A DNA stretch of 64,000 nucleotides, from contig CM097885.1 in the NCBI GenBank assembly GCA_044892525.1, forward strand, positions 33,606,001 to 33,670,000, read 5' to 3'. Each line of letters opens with the position of its first letter. Position 1 is the stretch's first letter. Below the pieces are notes generated by a model. The model had not been told where the DNA came from, searched no databases, and was given only the letters and a program-made list of their open reading frames with translations. This DNA comes from Schmidtea polychroa. Lineage: Eukaryota. Shown here piece after piece: positions 20,225-34,264 of this stretch. The translations under genes and the position numbers were made by a program.

Positions 20225-23200
20225 AGTTATTTTATTCATTGTGGGGATATCTGTGACAAAACTTGAGAAATATTGTCTTAAAAGTTGGAAATCGACAACA
20301 GCTAAAGAAAATTGATCTTTATTGAAGGAATTTTATGATTTTAATTAGATTTCTAGAAATTAAATCGGTTGAATAAAGGGTAAAATCTATTGAAGGAATA
20401 TTGTTATCGGATGGATAAATCTTTCAATGATATTTTGCTAAATTACCTTTGTTAAATATTATTTTAAATGACTAAAAAAGAGAAAATTAACCAATATTCT
20501 TAAATTATTCACACAAAATATCCCTGTTTTGGTTACTCAAAAATCCCTATTTAAAAATGTTAACCATATATTTCTCACAAAGATATATTACACCCAATGA
20601 TCATCTCATTAAATTAGAAAAGAATTGTAACCCTATATTTCTAACTAATAAGCACCTTAATTGGTTAGATGATAACCAAATGATCATGTTTCTATTATGA
20701 CTCCTTTTTTTTTTTGACTCGAACAAAGACAGAAATTTACTCCAAATGATAAAGACTTTCTACCAAAATTATCAATGAATATATGTTGTTATTAATGATT
20801 ATGCATTTCTCACTAAATTACCTAAGAATGTTTAACTAATATACATATGCCTTAATTAATATACCCTTGCGACATATTGAATATGACCAGTACCCTTACG
20901 ACAAATACACATAAGGGAACAGAATATTTTGTCGGATAAATTCAGACTATATATAAAAACTTACAATATGCTATGGTTTTTATTGATTAATTTGTTGTAT
21001 ATTGCATTGATTCATCAAAATGTCAGATAATATTTATAAATTAACTAAAAAAATACACAAAAATTCTATATTACCTACGAATTCTGTTATGTTTCAAGTT
21101 AAATAATTGGTATATGTATCAACTATATAAAAATTGTTATGAATACAAGGATATTTTAATTAAATGTTACAACCAAAAACATGGATTTCTAACTAAATTG
21201 GTAAATTTATCTGGAAATATTTTACTTAAGAAATTGCTATATATTTAAAATAACCTTTCACTAAATTGCCTAAAGATTTGCTATACGGTATTGTTAAATA
21301 ATCATAATAATAAAATTAAAAATAATAATATTATGACAGGGCATGAAAAATAATATGATTGTATGACTAATAAATTTGCAATACAAGTGCATAATTAACA
21401 AAGACTTTGCAATAAATGGTCATGAATATTTTGTCGGATAAATTCAGACTATATATAAAAACTTACAATATGCTATGGTTTTTATTGATTAATTTGTTGT
21501 ATATTGCATTGATTCATCAAAATGTCAGATAATATTTATAAATTAACTAAAAAAATACACAAAAATTCTATATTACCTACGAATTCTGTTATGTTTCAAG
21601 TTAAATAATTGGTATATGTATCAACTATATAAAAATTGTTATGAATACAAGGATATTTTAATTAAATGTTACAACCAAAAACATGGATTTCTAACTAAAT
21701 TTGTAAATTTATCTGGAAATATTTTACTTAAGAAATTGCTATATATTTAAAATAACCTTTCACTAAATTGCCTAAAGATTTGCTATACGGTATTGTTAAA
21801 TAATCATAATAATAAAATTAAAAATAATAATATTATGACAGGGCATGAAAAATAATATGATTGTATGACTAATAAATTTGCAATACAAGTGCATAATTAA
21901 CAAAGACTTTGCAATAAATGGTCATGAATATTTTGTCGGATAAATTCAGACTATATATAAAAACTTACAATATGCTATGGTTTTTATTGATTAATTTGTT
22001 GTATATTGCATTGATTCATCAAAATGTCAGATAATATTTATAAATTAACTAAAAAAATACACAAAAATTCTATATTACCTACGAATTCTGTTATGTTTCA
22101 AGTTAAATAATTGGTATATGTATCAACTATATAAAAATTGTTATGAATACAAGGATATTTTAATTAAATGTTACAACCAAAAACATGGATTTCTAACTAA
22201 ATTGGTAAATTTATCTGGAAATATTTTACTTAAGAAATTGCTATATATTTAAAATAACCTTTCACTAAATTGCCTAAAGATTTGCTATACGGTATTGTTA
22301 AATAATCATAATAATAAAATTAAAAATAATAATATTATGACAGGGCATGAAAAATAATATGATTGTATGACTAATAAATTTGCAATACAAGTGCATAATT
22401 AACAAAGACTTTGCAATAAATGGTCATGATTAACAAAGACATTAGAAATATTATATTTGCATTATGTTGAAGATGATTATGGCAGTAATATCAGAGGAGA
22501 ATGAATGGACAGAGAAAAGCATCATTATGAATATTTCATGAATTGTAAATTTCCATATATATAAATATCACTATTTCAAAAATTAATACAAATATTAAAA
22601 CAAAATGAATTAATAATGAATGTTTTAATCAAAAAGTATTAGAATAAAACAATAAATTTATAAAAACAAATTAAAACATTTATTTACGAAACAGTAATAA
22701 CCAATACTACTGCAACATATAATGGCAACTTTAAAATATTGGTAGTTATTTTATTCATTGTGGGGATATCTGTGACAAAACTTGAGAAATATTGTCTTAA
22801 AAGTTGGAAATCGACAACAGCTAAAGAAAATTGATCTTTATTGAAGGAATTTTATGATTTTAATTAGATTTCTAGAAATTAAATCGGTTGAATAAAGGGT
22901 AAAATCTATTGAAGGAATATTGTTATCGGATGGATAAATCTTTCAATGATATTTTGCTAAATTACCTTTGTTAAATATTATTTTAAATGACTAAAAAAGA
23001 GAAAATTAACCAATATTCTTAAATTATTCACACAAAATATCCCTGTTTTGGTTACTCAAAAATCCCTATTTAAAAATGTTAACCATATATTTCTCACAAA
23101 GATATATTACACCCAATGATCATCTCATTAAATTAGAAAAGAATTGTAACCCTATATTTCTAACTAATAAGCACCTTAATTGGTTAGATGATAACCAAAT

Positions 23201-24772
23201 GATCATGTTTCTATTATGACTCCTTTTTTTTTTTTTTTTTTTTTTTGACTCGAACAAAGACAGAAATTTACTCCAAATGATAAAGACTTTCTACCAAAAT
23301 TATCAATGAATATATGTTGTTATTAATGATTATGCATTTCTCACTAAATTACCTAAGAATGTTTAACTAATATACATATGCCTTAATTAATATACCCTTG
23401 CGACATATTGAATATGACCAGTACCCTTACGACAAATACACATAAGGGAACAGAATATTTTGTCGGATAAATTCAGACTATATATAAAAACTTACAATAT
23501 GCTATGGTTTTTATTGATTAATTTGTTGTATATTGCATTGATTCATCAAAATGTCAGATAATATTTATAAATTAACTAAAAAAATACACAAAAATTCTAT
23601 ATTACCTACGAATTCTGTTATGTTTCAAGTTAAATAATTGGTATATGTATCAACTATATAAAAATTGTTATGAATACAAGGATATTTTAATTAAATGTTA
23701 CAACCAAAAACATGGATTTCTAACTAAATTTGTAAATTTATCTGGAAATATTTTACTTAAGAAATTGCTATATATTTAAAATAACCTTTCACTAAATTGC
23801 CTAAAGATTTGCTATACGGTATTGTTAAATAATCATAATAATAAAATTAAAAATAATAATATTATGACAGGGCATGAAAAATAATATGATTGTATGACTA
23901 ATAAATTTGCAATACAAGTGCATAATTAACAAAGACTTTGCAATAAATGGTCATGAATATTTTGTCGGATAAATTCAGACTATATATAAAAACTTACAAT
24001 ATGCTATGGTTTTTATTGATTAATTTGTTGTATATTGCATTGATTCATCAAAATGTCAGATAATATTTATAAATTAACTAAAAAAATACACAAAAATTCT
24101 ATATTACCTACGAATTCTGTTATGTTTCAAGTTAAATAATTGGTATATGTATCAACTATATAAAAATTGTTATGAATACAAGGATATTTTAATTAAATGT
24201 TACAACCAAAAACATGGATTTCTAACTAAATTGGTAAATTTATCTGGAAATATTTTACTTAAGAAATTGCTATATATTTAAAATAACCTTTCACTAAATT
24301 GCCTAAAGATTTGCTATACGGTATTGTTAAATAATCATAATAATAAAATTAAAAATAATAATATTATGACAGGGCATGAAAAATAATATGATTGTATGAC
24401 TAATAAATTTGCAATACAAGTGCATAATTAACAAAGACTTTGCAATAAATGGTCATGATTAACAAAGACATTAGAAATATTATATTTGCATTATGTTGAA
24501 GATGATTATGGCAGTAATATCAGAGGAGAATGAATGGACAGAGAAAAGCATCATTATGAATATTTCATGAATTGTAAATTTCCATATATATAAATATCAC
24601 TATTTCAAAAATTAATACAAATATTAAAACAAAATGAATTAATAATGAATGTTTTAATCAAAAAGTATTAGAATAAAACAATAAATTTATAAAAACAAAT
24701 TAAAACATTTATTTACGAAACAGTAATAACCAATACTACTGCAACATATAATGGCAACTTTAAAATATTGGT
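20225..24772 (+). repeat. Higher-order direct duplication containing 502-bp tandem units (3 + 2 copies)
   Basis: Copy A 20225-22743 has units at 20922, 21424 and 21926. Copy B 22744-24772 has units at 23453 and 23955. Confidence 0.95.
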
Positions 24773-25014
24773 TAGGGTTTCTTCTTCTTTTCGAGCATTT
24801 TGATGGTTCTTGAGAAGATCTTTTTCTCATTTTGATGAACTCATGGGTATCCCTTCATCATATCATCACCATTTGGTAGTTGCGCCCAATATATTTAATT
24901 ACCAAGATGATTTCATATTATTCAATGTTTGAAAATTTTCTACATTATAGTACCGTCATTATGGATGGTAATAATTCATTTGACTTTGATATTGTATTGA
25001 TTTGTATTGAGAAC

Positions 25015-25670
25015 TTACATGTATATAGTATGATATTCATTAATCAGTGTTGAACAGGCTTGACAATTGTGAACATTCTTCTCGTGACACTTAGAACAAA
25101 CAATTACGTGACCACACGGTAAATACAAAACCGAAACTTGATTTTCTTTACAAATTGAACAAGTTAAATACCTTTTCTTAACATCGTTTAGTTTTTCCGT
25201 TAGCTTATTTTCAATCAAATCGGCTTTTGCTATCCATTCATAAATCAATCTACTATATCCCGGTTTCAACCTTAAATACATGCAACTCCAAAAGCATTCA
25301 TTCAGTGAATCGTTGTTTACCACTGTTTTTTCTAAATACATTAAATAACTAGATAACTTTAAAATGCATTTATCATAATTAAATAAATCAATCAAATATT
25401 GAATAGAGGAATGTTTAAAAATTTTTAAAATATTTATGATTTCGTTATCAGTGTAAGTATCATGATTATTTATAAAATCTTCAACTGTGTTGAAAAATTT
25501 CAATGAACGCTTATCTTCGGAATAGGTTGGACTTAATATTTCCTTATTTCTAGTAGGATTTCCTTGCTATAAATGACATATATATAAAAATATTGACAAA
25601 ATAATAAAGTTACCAAATGTGTTTTGTGATTTATACATTCATATTCAACAGTGTTACTTGTTGAAATCAT
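25015..25670 (-). CDS. IAP-type C-terminal RING E3 ligase, predicted two exons (25670-25614, 25566-25015; 202 aa)
   Basis: CSIC..LYLPCGHVIVCSKC..CQAC..IYM at the extreme C-terminus. A 47-nt GT..AG intron (25613-25567) joins MISTSNTVEYECINHKTHL in frame to QGNPTRNK... Confidence 0.75.
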
Positions 25671-25912
25671 CAGTAATAAATAAATTTCTTAATAACTAAA
25701 TTACTTTTGTTTTTACATTTATAACGATTGAGATAGCCAATCAAATTAGAGTTTTCAAAATGTAGAAATTGTAACCATGGTTGAACCTTCAAATGTCTAA
25801 GTAACATCATATTGTATAACAATAATAATAAACATGACTAGTACCCTTGCAACCTGTTGAGTGTGAACAGTACCCATAGGGGGACAAAATATTTTGTCGG
25901 ATAGACTAGGAG

Positions 25913-25954
<42 letters not shown>

Positions 25955-26235
25955 GTAATAATAATAATAATATTGATAAAAACTTTGAAAATAATTTGAA
26001 AATAGTTTTTTGAAAATAATACTTTGAAAAATATTCGATGAAAAGTTCCTGAAATAATCATGAAAATGTTGAAAATCGTGAAAATATTGAAAATGTAGAA
26101 AATTATTAAAATAATCATACAAATGATGAAAATGTTGAAAATCATATAATTGACGTAGAAATTAAGTTTATAAATATTTAAGTAAATAATAATAATGAAA
26201 CTTCTAAATTAAAATAATAATTAGACCTTTGCAAA

Positions 26236-26266
<31 letters not shown>

Positions 26267-26486
26267 TCTTTGAAAATAATTCTTTGAAAATAATACTTTG
26301 AAAAATATTTGATGAAAAAGTTCTTGAAATAATCATGAAAATGCTGAAAATCGTGAAAATATTGAAAATGTAGAAAATTATGATAATAATGAAAATTATT
26401 CAAATATTCATGTAAATGATCAAAATGTTGAAAATCATGAAATTGACGCAGAAATTAAGTTTTATGAATATTTGCAATCATAATAG

Positions 26487-26623
<137 letters not shown>

Positions 26624-26975
26624 GTAATAATAAGAACTTTGAAAAACTGTTTGAAAATAAGCTAACGGAAATATTACTTTGAAAAATATTTGATGAAAAT
26701 GTTCATGTAACTAATGAAAATGTTCCTGAAATAATAATGAAAATATTGAAAATGTAGAAAATTATGAAAATGTTAAAAATCCATGAAAATATTAATAATT
26801 ATGAAAATCATGAAAATGTTGGAAATTATGAAAATATTGAAAATTATTAAAATATTAATACAAATGATAAAAATGCTGAAAAGCATGAAATGGACGTAGA
26901 AATTAGGTTTTATGAATATTTGCAAATTATAATTATAATAATAATAAGAAGAATTTTCAAAATAACTTTTAAATT

Positions 26976-27032
<57 letters not shown>

Positions 27033-27665
27033 TTGATTAAAACTTTGAAAATAATAATAATAATTTTAATCTTCCGCGCGGGCGTTCTTTCTCAATAATA
27101 ATGATAAATTGAATAATTACATAATCGATAATTTAAACAAACATAATCGATAATTAAAACAAAAAAAAATAATATAATCAACGATTTAAACAAAATGAAA
27201 TTATTGTGTTATAGTGACCAATAGAACAGTTATGAACTATCATTTGCATATATACAAAATATAAAAATTAAATTGATTGATCATATTGAAGTTTTCAATA
27301 ACTCTATTGTTGAAAATAAAAAGAATATGAAAATTATTGATAAGAAGCATGATTATTTGTTAAAAAAGATTGAATTATTATTAAGAGAAATTCAAACAAT
27401 CAAAGGATCAATAGAATATCTGAAAATCAATTCGACGTTACCAATTTCAAACAATATTGCTGCGAATAGTAGTACATCAATATTTAGTTTACCTTTGTTA
27501 ATTTTACATTATTTTATTGTTTAAATAAATGTATGTTTTGTTGATTTGTTTAATAATACCCTTGTGACTTGTTGAGCGTGACCAGTACCCTTGCGAGCAT
27601 TACCCATAGGGGGACAAAATATTTTGTCGGATAGACTCCGGGCAGTACCCTTGCGAGCATTACCC

Positions 27666-28058
<393 letters not shown>

Positions 28059-28139
28059 CAAAGTCGTACCTGATTGGATGATTGACAAATCACCCGCAAA
28101 TTACTTAGTAAATTTTGAACATTTTTGAAAATTTTAACC

Positions 28140-29398
28140 ATAAATCAGTCTCTGACTAAAAAATTAATAACTTTTGTACCACTGATGATAAAAATTATTT
28201 CTATGGCTTAAAAGATAGATTTTCGTCTGGCCTTCAAAATGATGTATAAATATTTAAATAATTTTGAAAACTCAAAAGGTTCTGGGAAGTCAAAAGGTAG
28301 GTCACCGCTAGATCACTTAATAATAATATGACCTTGAAAATAATAATATTTTGAAAAATAATAATAATTTTAACCAAATTAGTGTCTGATTAAAAAATTA
28401 ATAACTTTTGTACCACTGATGATAAAAATTATTTTAATGGCTCAAAAGATAGATTTTCGACTGGCCTTCAAAATGATGTATAAATATTTAAATAATTTTG
28501 AAAATTGAAAAAGTTCTGGGAAGTCAAAAGGTTGGTCACCGCTAGATCACTTAATAATATTTTTGAAAAATAATAATAATTTTAACCAAATTAGTGTCTG
28601 ACTAAAAAATTAATAACTTTTGTACCACTGATGATAAAAATTATTTTAATGGCTCAAAAGATAGATTTTCGACTGGCCTTCAAAATGATGTATAAATATT
28701 TAAATAATTTTGAAAATTGAAAAAGTTCTGGGAAGTCAAAAGGTAGGTCACCGCTAGATCACTTAATAATATTTTTGAAAAATAATAATAATTTTAACCA
28801 AATTAGTGTCTGACTAAAAAATTAATAACTTTTGTACCACTAATGATAAAAATTATTTCTATGGCTTAAAAGATAGATTTTCGTCTGGCCTTCAAAATGA
28901 TGTATAAATATTTAAATAATTTTGAAAATTGAAAAAGTTCTGGGAAGTCAAAAGGTAGGTCACCGCTAGATCACTTAATAATATTTTTGAAAAATAATAA
29001 TAATTTTAACCAAATTAGTGTCTGACTAAAAAATTAATAACTTTTGTACCACTGATGATAAAAATTATTTTAATGGCTCAAAAGATAGATTTTCGTCTGG
29101 CCTTCAAAATGATGTATAAATATTTAAATAATTTTGAAAATTGAAAAAGTTCTGGGAAGTCAAAAGGTAGGTCACCGCTAGATCACTTAATAATATTTTT
29201 GAAAAATAATAATAATTTTAACCAAATTAGTGTCTGACTAAAAAATTAATAACTTTTGTACCACTGATGATAAAAATTATTTCTATGGCTTAAAAGATAG
29301 ATTTTCGTCTGGCCTTCAAAATGATGTATAAATATTTAAATAATTTTGAAAACTCAAAAAGTTCTGGGAAGTCAAAAGGTAGGTCACCGCTAGATCAC
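28140..29398 (-). repeat. 212-bp tandem array in right TIR of element C (5 units + partial)
   Basis: Reverse-complement units end in GATCAC at 29398, 29186, 28974, 28762, 28550 and 28316. Confidence 0.95.
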
Positions 29399-30084
29399 GA
29401 TAATTAAAACAAAAAAAAAAGTTCTTTGTTTCAATGACCTTGATGAGTCATTGTCTTTGTTAAAAATTTGACCTTGAAAAAAAAATCTTAAAAAAATTTT
29501 TCCTGCCGGGGGGGGGGGTGGGGGGGGGGTAGGTGATCTAGCGGTGACCTGATCTAGCGGTGACCAATCCATCTACTGTCTGGTAATGAAAAAATAAAGA
29601 TTTACAACAGAAAAAATGGGAAACTGATTATAATTTAGATCACACTACTGATGTGGTGTTACATTTACTTGAGAACTATCTCGATAAGGAATTCACGGTT
29701 TACATGGGTAATTTTTATAATTCTGTTACTCTTACGAAACTGCTAAATACACGAAACACTTATGTGTGTTGAACCCTACGAAATAACAGAAAAGGAAACC
29801 CCAGAGATGTAGTAAAGAAACTGAAAAAAGGGGAGTGTATTTGGTCCTGTTACTGTATGCAAATGGAAAGACAAACAAGATTTCCTTACCATTTCAAACA
29901 TGCATATTGTTGAAGTGTTAGAGGTGTCCAATCCCAATGGAAAACTTTCTATAAAACCAAATATAATTCAAGATTACAAAAAATGAATTGTAATTGCATT
30001 GACCGATCAGATCAAATGCTGTCGTACTACACATCTCTAAGAAAGACTAGTATATAGCCCAAAAAGATTTCTCTACATATTATT

Positions 30085-30152
<68 letters not shown>

Positions 30153-31019
30153 GCACAAAACCTTTCAAAAAGTAACTTCTTCTAAAATAAAACTGATAAA
30201 GTTTAAAAAAGAATTCGTAGTCGCGTTGATTGGAGAAGAAATTCAACCAGTTTTGAAAAAGATTAGATTGTAAGAACTTCTATATTTAGAGAGCCTGCCA
30301 CCTACCGAAAAAAACAGCGTCCGACAAAGCCATGTCTAATATGTACCCAAGCAAAAGAACGCCGAGAAACGCGTTATTTTTGTAAGAACTGTGAAGAGAA
30401 GCCAGCCCTTTGTGTGGAAGATTGTTTTAAAAAGTTTCACAAACAATAAAAATATTTATTAACTTGATTTTTAATAAATATTTTGTAATTAAATTTTCTG
30501 TTCCTGCAAGCCAACATTGATATTTTGTTCTCTTCCCAGCAGCCATCTGTCTTTATTAGAACTGATATACTACGAGTTTAATCGTAGCGGCAAGAATATG
30601 GTAAGTAAACACAATACGAGATGACTCGTAGTTGGCGTCCTAGAAAAGAACGCAATCTACGAGTTATCTCTTAGTTGGCAGTCAACGTGCTAATCAAATA
30701 AAAAATTTTTAATTAAGATTGCGATATAATAAATATGCACTCGCAGGGATAACAATGAAAGGGGATTACTTGTATTATTATAATTTAATTTTAAAATAAT
30801 TTTAATTTAAATAATTTTGTGAGTATTTGATCACCATAATCATAATGGCTGTTATTCATTTTTTTGAATGAATTGGAAATTTAAGATTTTTAAGTTGTAT
30901 TGAATAATATGTATAATTATTGTGAAAATAATTATTGTGAAATAAATAAATATTTCAATAAATGAAAAACTGAAATACCAAATTTCATCTTAATTTTTCT
31001 TATCTAATTTGATATATAT

Positions 31020-31238
31020 AACTTTTTTTTCAATTTGACCACTGATTATTTTTTTCCATTGAATTCATTAAAAAGAGAGCTTGAAGACTATAAATCGCTA
31101 ATATATCGATGTGTTTTGATACTCACAAATTTTCGGCACTGGTTTTTATTCACTTGAAAAAGGCAATGCCGAAAATTCGTGAGTATCAAAAAACATCGAT
31201 ATATTAATGATTTATAGTCTTCAAGCTCTCTTTTTAAT
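31020..31238. mobile_element. Penelope-like inverted pseudo-LTR remnant with minimal hammerhead motif
   Basis: Fold-back 31067-31238 plus a one-sided conserved flank. TCAC-TTGAAAA-AGGCAATGCC-GAAA-ATTC-GTGA at 31150-31182. Confidence 0.6.
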
Positions 31239-32335
31239 TAATTTGATATAGCTATTGTGTAAAATTTTTATTTGTTTAATTTTAAAATTAGAAAATTATT
31301 CGCAAAAAGAAATCACAAAAATTTGAAGTTTTCAGCAGCATGGAATGTTTCATTTTTTCATAATTTAAAAAAATTTAAATGTTTTTGATAAAAAATTATA
31401 TCTCTTATCCCAAAATTATGTTAAATTTTGGTTTTTAATTAAAAAGATTTTTTTAATTATTTTTATTATAATTACATTTTTTAAAAATTAAAAATTATAG
31501 ATTGAATAAATTCTTAAAAGCAAACAAAGTAAATAATAAAATATTTAAAGTCACTTACAAGAGTTCCGACTTTCATAGTGAATGTACACCTAAACAATGA
31601 GCATTAATACTGCCATTTCTTTCATGTACTGTCCCGTAAATTTAAGACATAGAGTTTACGACTCCGTACTAGACAGTATTTCCTATAAATTTCCTATAAA
31701 TCATTTGATTATTTTTTATAAACAAAATGATGATGAAGCCTTTGTCCAATGACGTTTCAGTAAGGATTTTAATAAATACTTTAGAAAAGAATAGACATCT
31801 AAGCTATATTTTAAGAATATTATATCAAAAATTTCTTAATTATTTTTAGCATTTTTTGGCACAATTTTGTAAAAAAGCTTTTATCTAGGCTGCTTTATGT
31901 GAAATTTACTTTCTTTAGAAAGTATCCCTATCTTATAGCTGGTTATTAACTTTCGATTGCTTTATTTACATTTTTTGTGACACATCTAACATAAATTAAA
32001 TTCATATTTGTTTAAATGATAATAACAAATTAAAAAATATCAAGAAAATGAAAAATTGAAAACTGTATTTTAACCTAATTAAAACTACTTATTTTCAATT
32101 AATTGAAACAAATAATTAGATTCTTTTTTTCCGAAATCAAATTAAAACTTTTCTTGTGAGCAAATAATTAACTTGTCGTAAATATATACTGATTAATTTT
32201 CCTTGCAACCAAAATATTGAAAATTTGATTCATTGTTATTGTTTATTATTAAATTTAGCGACAAAAATTAAACACGTTCCACAGAAATAATTAAAATTCT
32301 GGTTTTTATATACAATATTTTATCTTTTACTTGTC

Positions 32336-32509
32336 TTAAAACAATAAAGTGATAATTTAAGCCTTTTGCTGCGAATAATGTATTTAATGAAAATATTTTC
32401 GACTAAAAGATACTCAAAAGATAGACAAGAACGATCTTATAGTCGAAAGCCTTTTCATTAAATACATTATTCACAGCAAAAGGCTTAAATTATCACTTTA
32501 TTGTTTTAA
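32336..32509. repeat. Fold-back (hairpin) repeat of a second family
   Basis: Arms of ~70 bp: TTAAAACAATAAAGTGATAATTTAAGCCTTTTGCTG... and its reverse complement. Confidence 0.8.
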
Positions 32510-33532
32510 ATAATAAATGTTGCTACCAAGCAATCATCACTTTATACTTAATATTCTATTTAATTATTAGATTTCTTATTAGTTTTTCACATTTATTACT
32601 GATCAATTTTAAGGTTTTAACCCATCATATATGCAATATTGTTAATATAACAAATATGATGTCTATGAGTGCAGTTTTACATTCACAATCATCACTAGTC
32701 AAATACTCAACTGGGTGACTTTGACGTTTGACAGGTTTTGTTGTTGTTGTTGTTTATTCGTTTAAGTTTTATAGAATAGCAAAACAGTAATGTAATAAAT
32801 AAGCATATAATTGACTATATGTCAGTGATTAATTTCAAATAACAATTGTTAAAATTATGTTTCGTTATTATTCTAAACTCCATTGAAATTTATTTCGTTA
32901 TATATTGACATTAAAAAAATTAAAAAATTAAAAATATTCACAATCTTTAATTTAAGATTTAATTATTTTAATTGTTTATTGTTTTATGTATAAATTATTT
33001 CTTTATAATAATAATTATTTATTTTATTGGTGAAATAGTAAATAATCAAATATATGAATAGCTTACTTGAGTAAATAAAAAATTATAAACAATCATAATG
33101 TTGTAGAATTTTCATCATCATTTATTAATATTAAAAAGGAAATGGAACAATCACATTCATTAGATTTGGTTTTCAAAGTGCACCAAGTTTTCATTGGCTA
33201 TTATTTTCATGAATTATTATTTTAAAAAAAATCTTTTTATCCTATTCGATGGAAAATATTGATTTTTCTTACACTTTTATTAATTTGAGTAGAACAATAT
33301 TTATAATAAAATAAAAAATTATTTCTAAAAATGTAAATTCAAAAAGTCCACAAATATATATATTTATTAAACAGTCGGATAATTTCGTTTTAAACGTCGT
33401 TGAAATACATATAGAGGCAATTGTAAAAGAAGTGCAAGAGATGCAAATAAATAAATAAATAAATAAAACACAGAGGGAATTAAAGATAGAGGATAAGGTT
33501 TTGGTTAAAGTTGATGTTAGATCTGTTGAGGA

Positions 33533-34264
33533 CAGTGACGTAGCCCGGATTTCATCTTTGGCGAGGGGGGGGGGGGGGGGTCAAAATAATTAATTATTGC
33601 AATTCATCGAGCAATGTTAAAAGTTGACACGGAAAAATAGACAAAAATATTTTAAGATAATTAACAAATTTATTATTAATTATAAACAATGTATATTACA
33701 TAAAATATATTACAATATAATATTAATTCGTCTGTCATTTCACTAATACAGAAAGTATTTTATCCGGACTTATTTTAATGTCTTGATGAATATACAACAA
33801 AGCCAAACCGTTTAATCTTTGGTATTTCTTAAATATGACTTCAAGTATTTAAGTGATGAAAAAGAACGCCCTGCTGCACAAGTTGATACCGGCAAATTAG
33901 CAAATATTGTGAGAAAAATATAAATATTTTTATAAAAATTTGGATCACATATTACTAATGTATCTACAGCAGTAGTCGGTTTGAGTCAATTTCTTCTAAT
34001 TTTTTGTACCACAGCTTAACCCAAGCACAGCGATACATTTAACCGTCACTCGTCTAAGTAGTTTGTTGTGCCAAAAAGACCGAAAAATTACGGGAAAAGC
34101 TAACGCGAGCATAGTTCTACTGTCTTGGATTTGAAAACACTTAACTAAAAATATACATTGTTTTTTTATTCTCATACAATTCTCATAACAAAATCAAAAT
34201 AAAGGTTTTATTAAAATATTTCATCCCTAATTTATATTCGATAATCCCCATAGCTACATCCCTG
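33533..34264 (-). mobile_element. hAT internal-deletion derivative
   Basis: Exact 8-bp TSD GTTGAGGA. TIR CAGTGACGTAGC / GCTACATCCCTG. Dimerisation-domain fragment LPVSTCAAGRSFSSLKYLKSYLRNT. Confidence 0.9.

Noticed and set aside
27273..27524. 83-aa coiled-coil-like ORF in element C
   Set aside because: Non-ATG start, AT-driven composition and no motif, so it cannot be supported as a gene.
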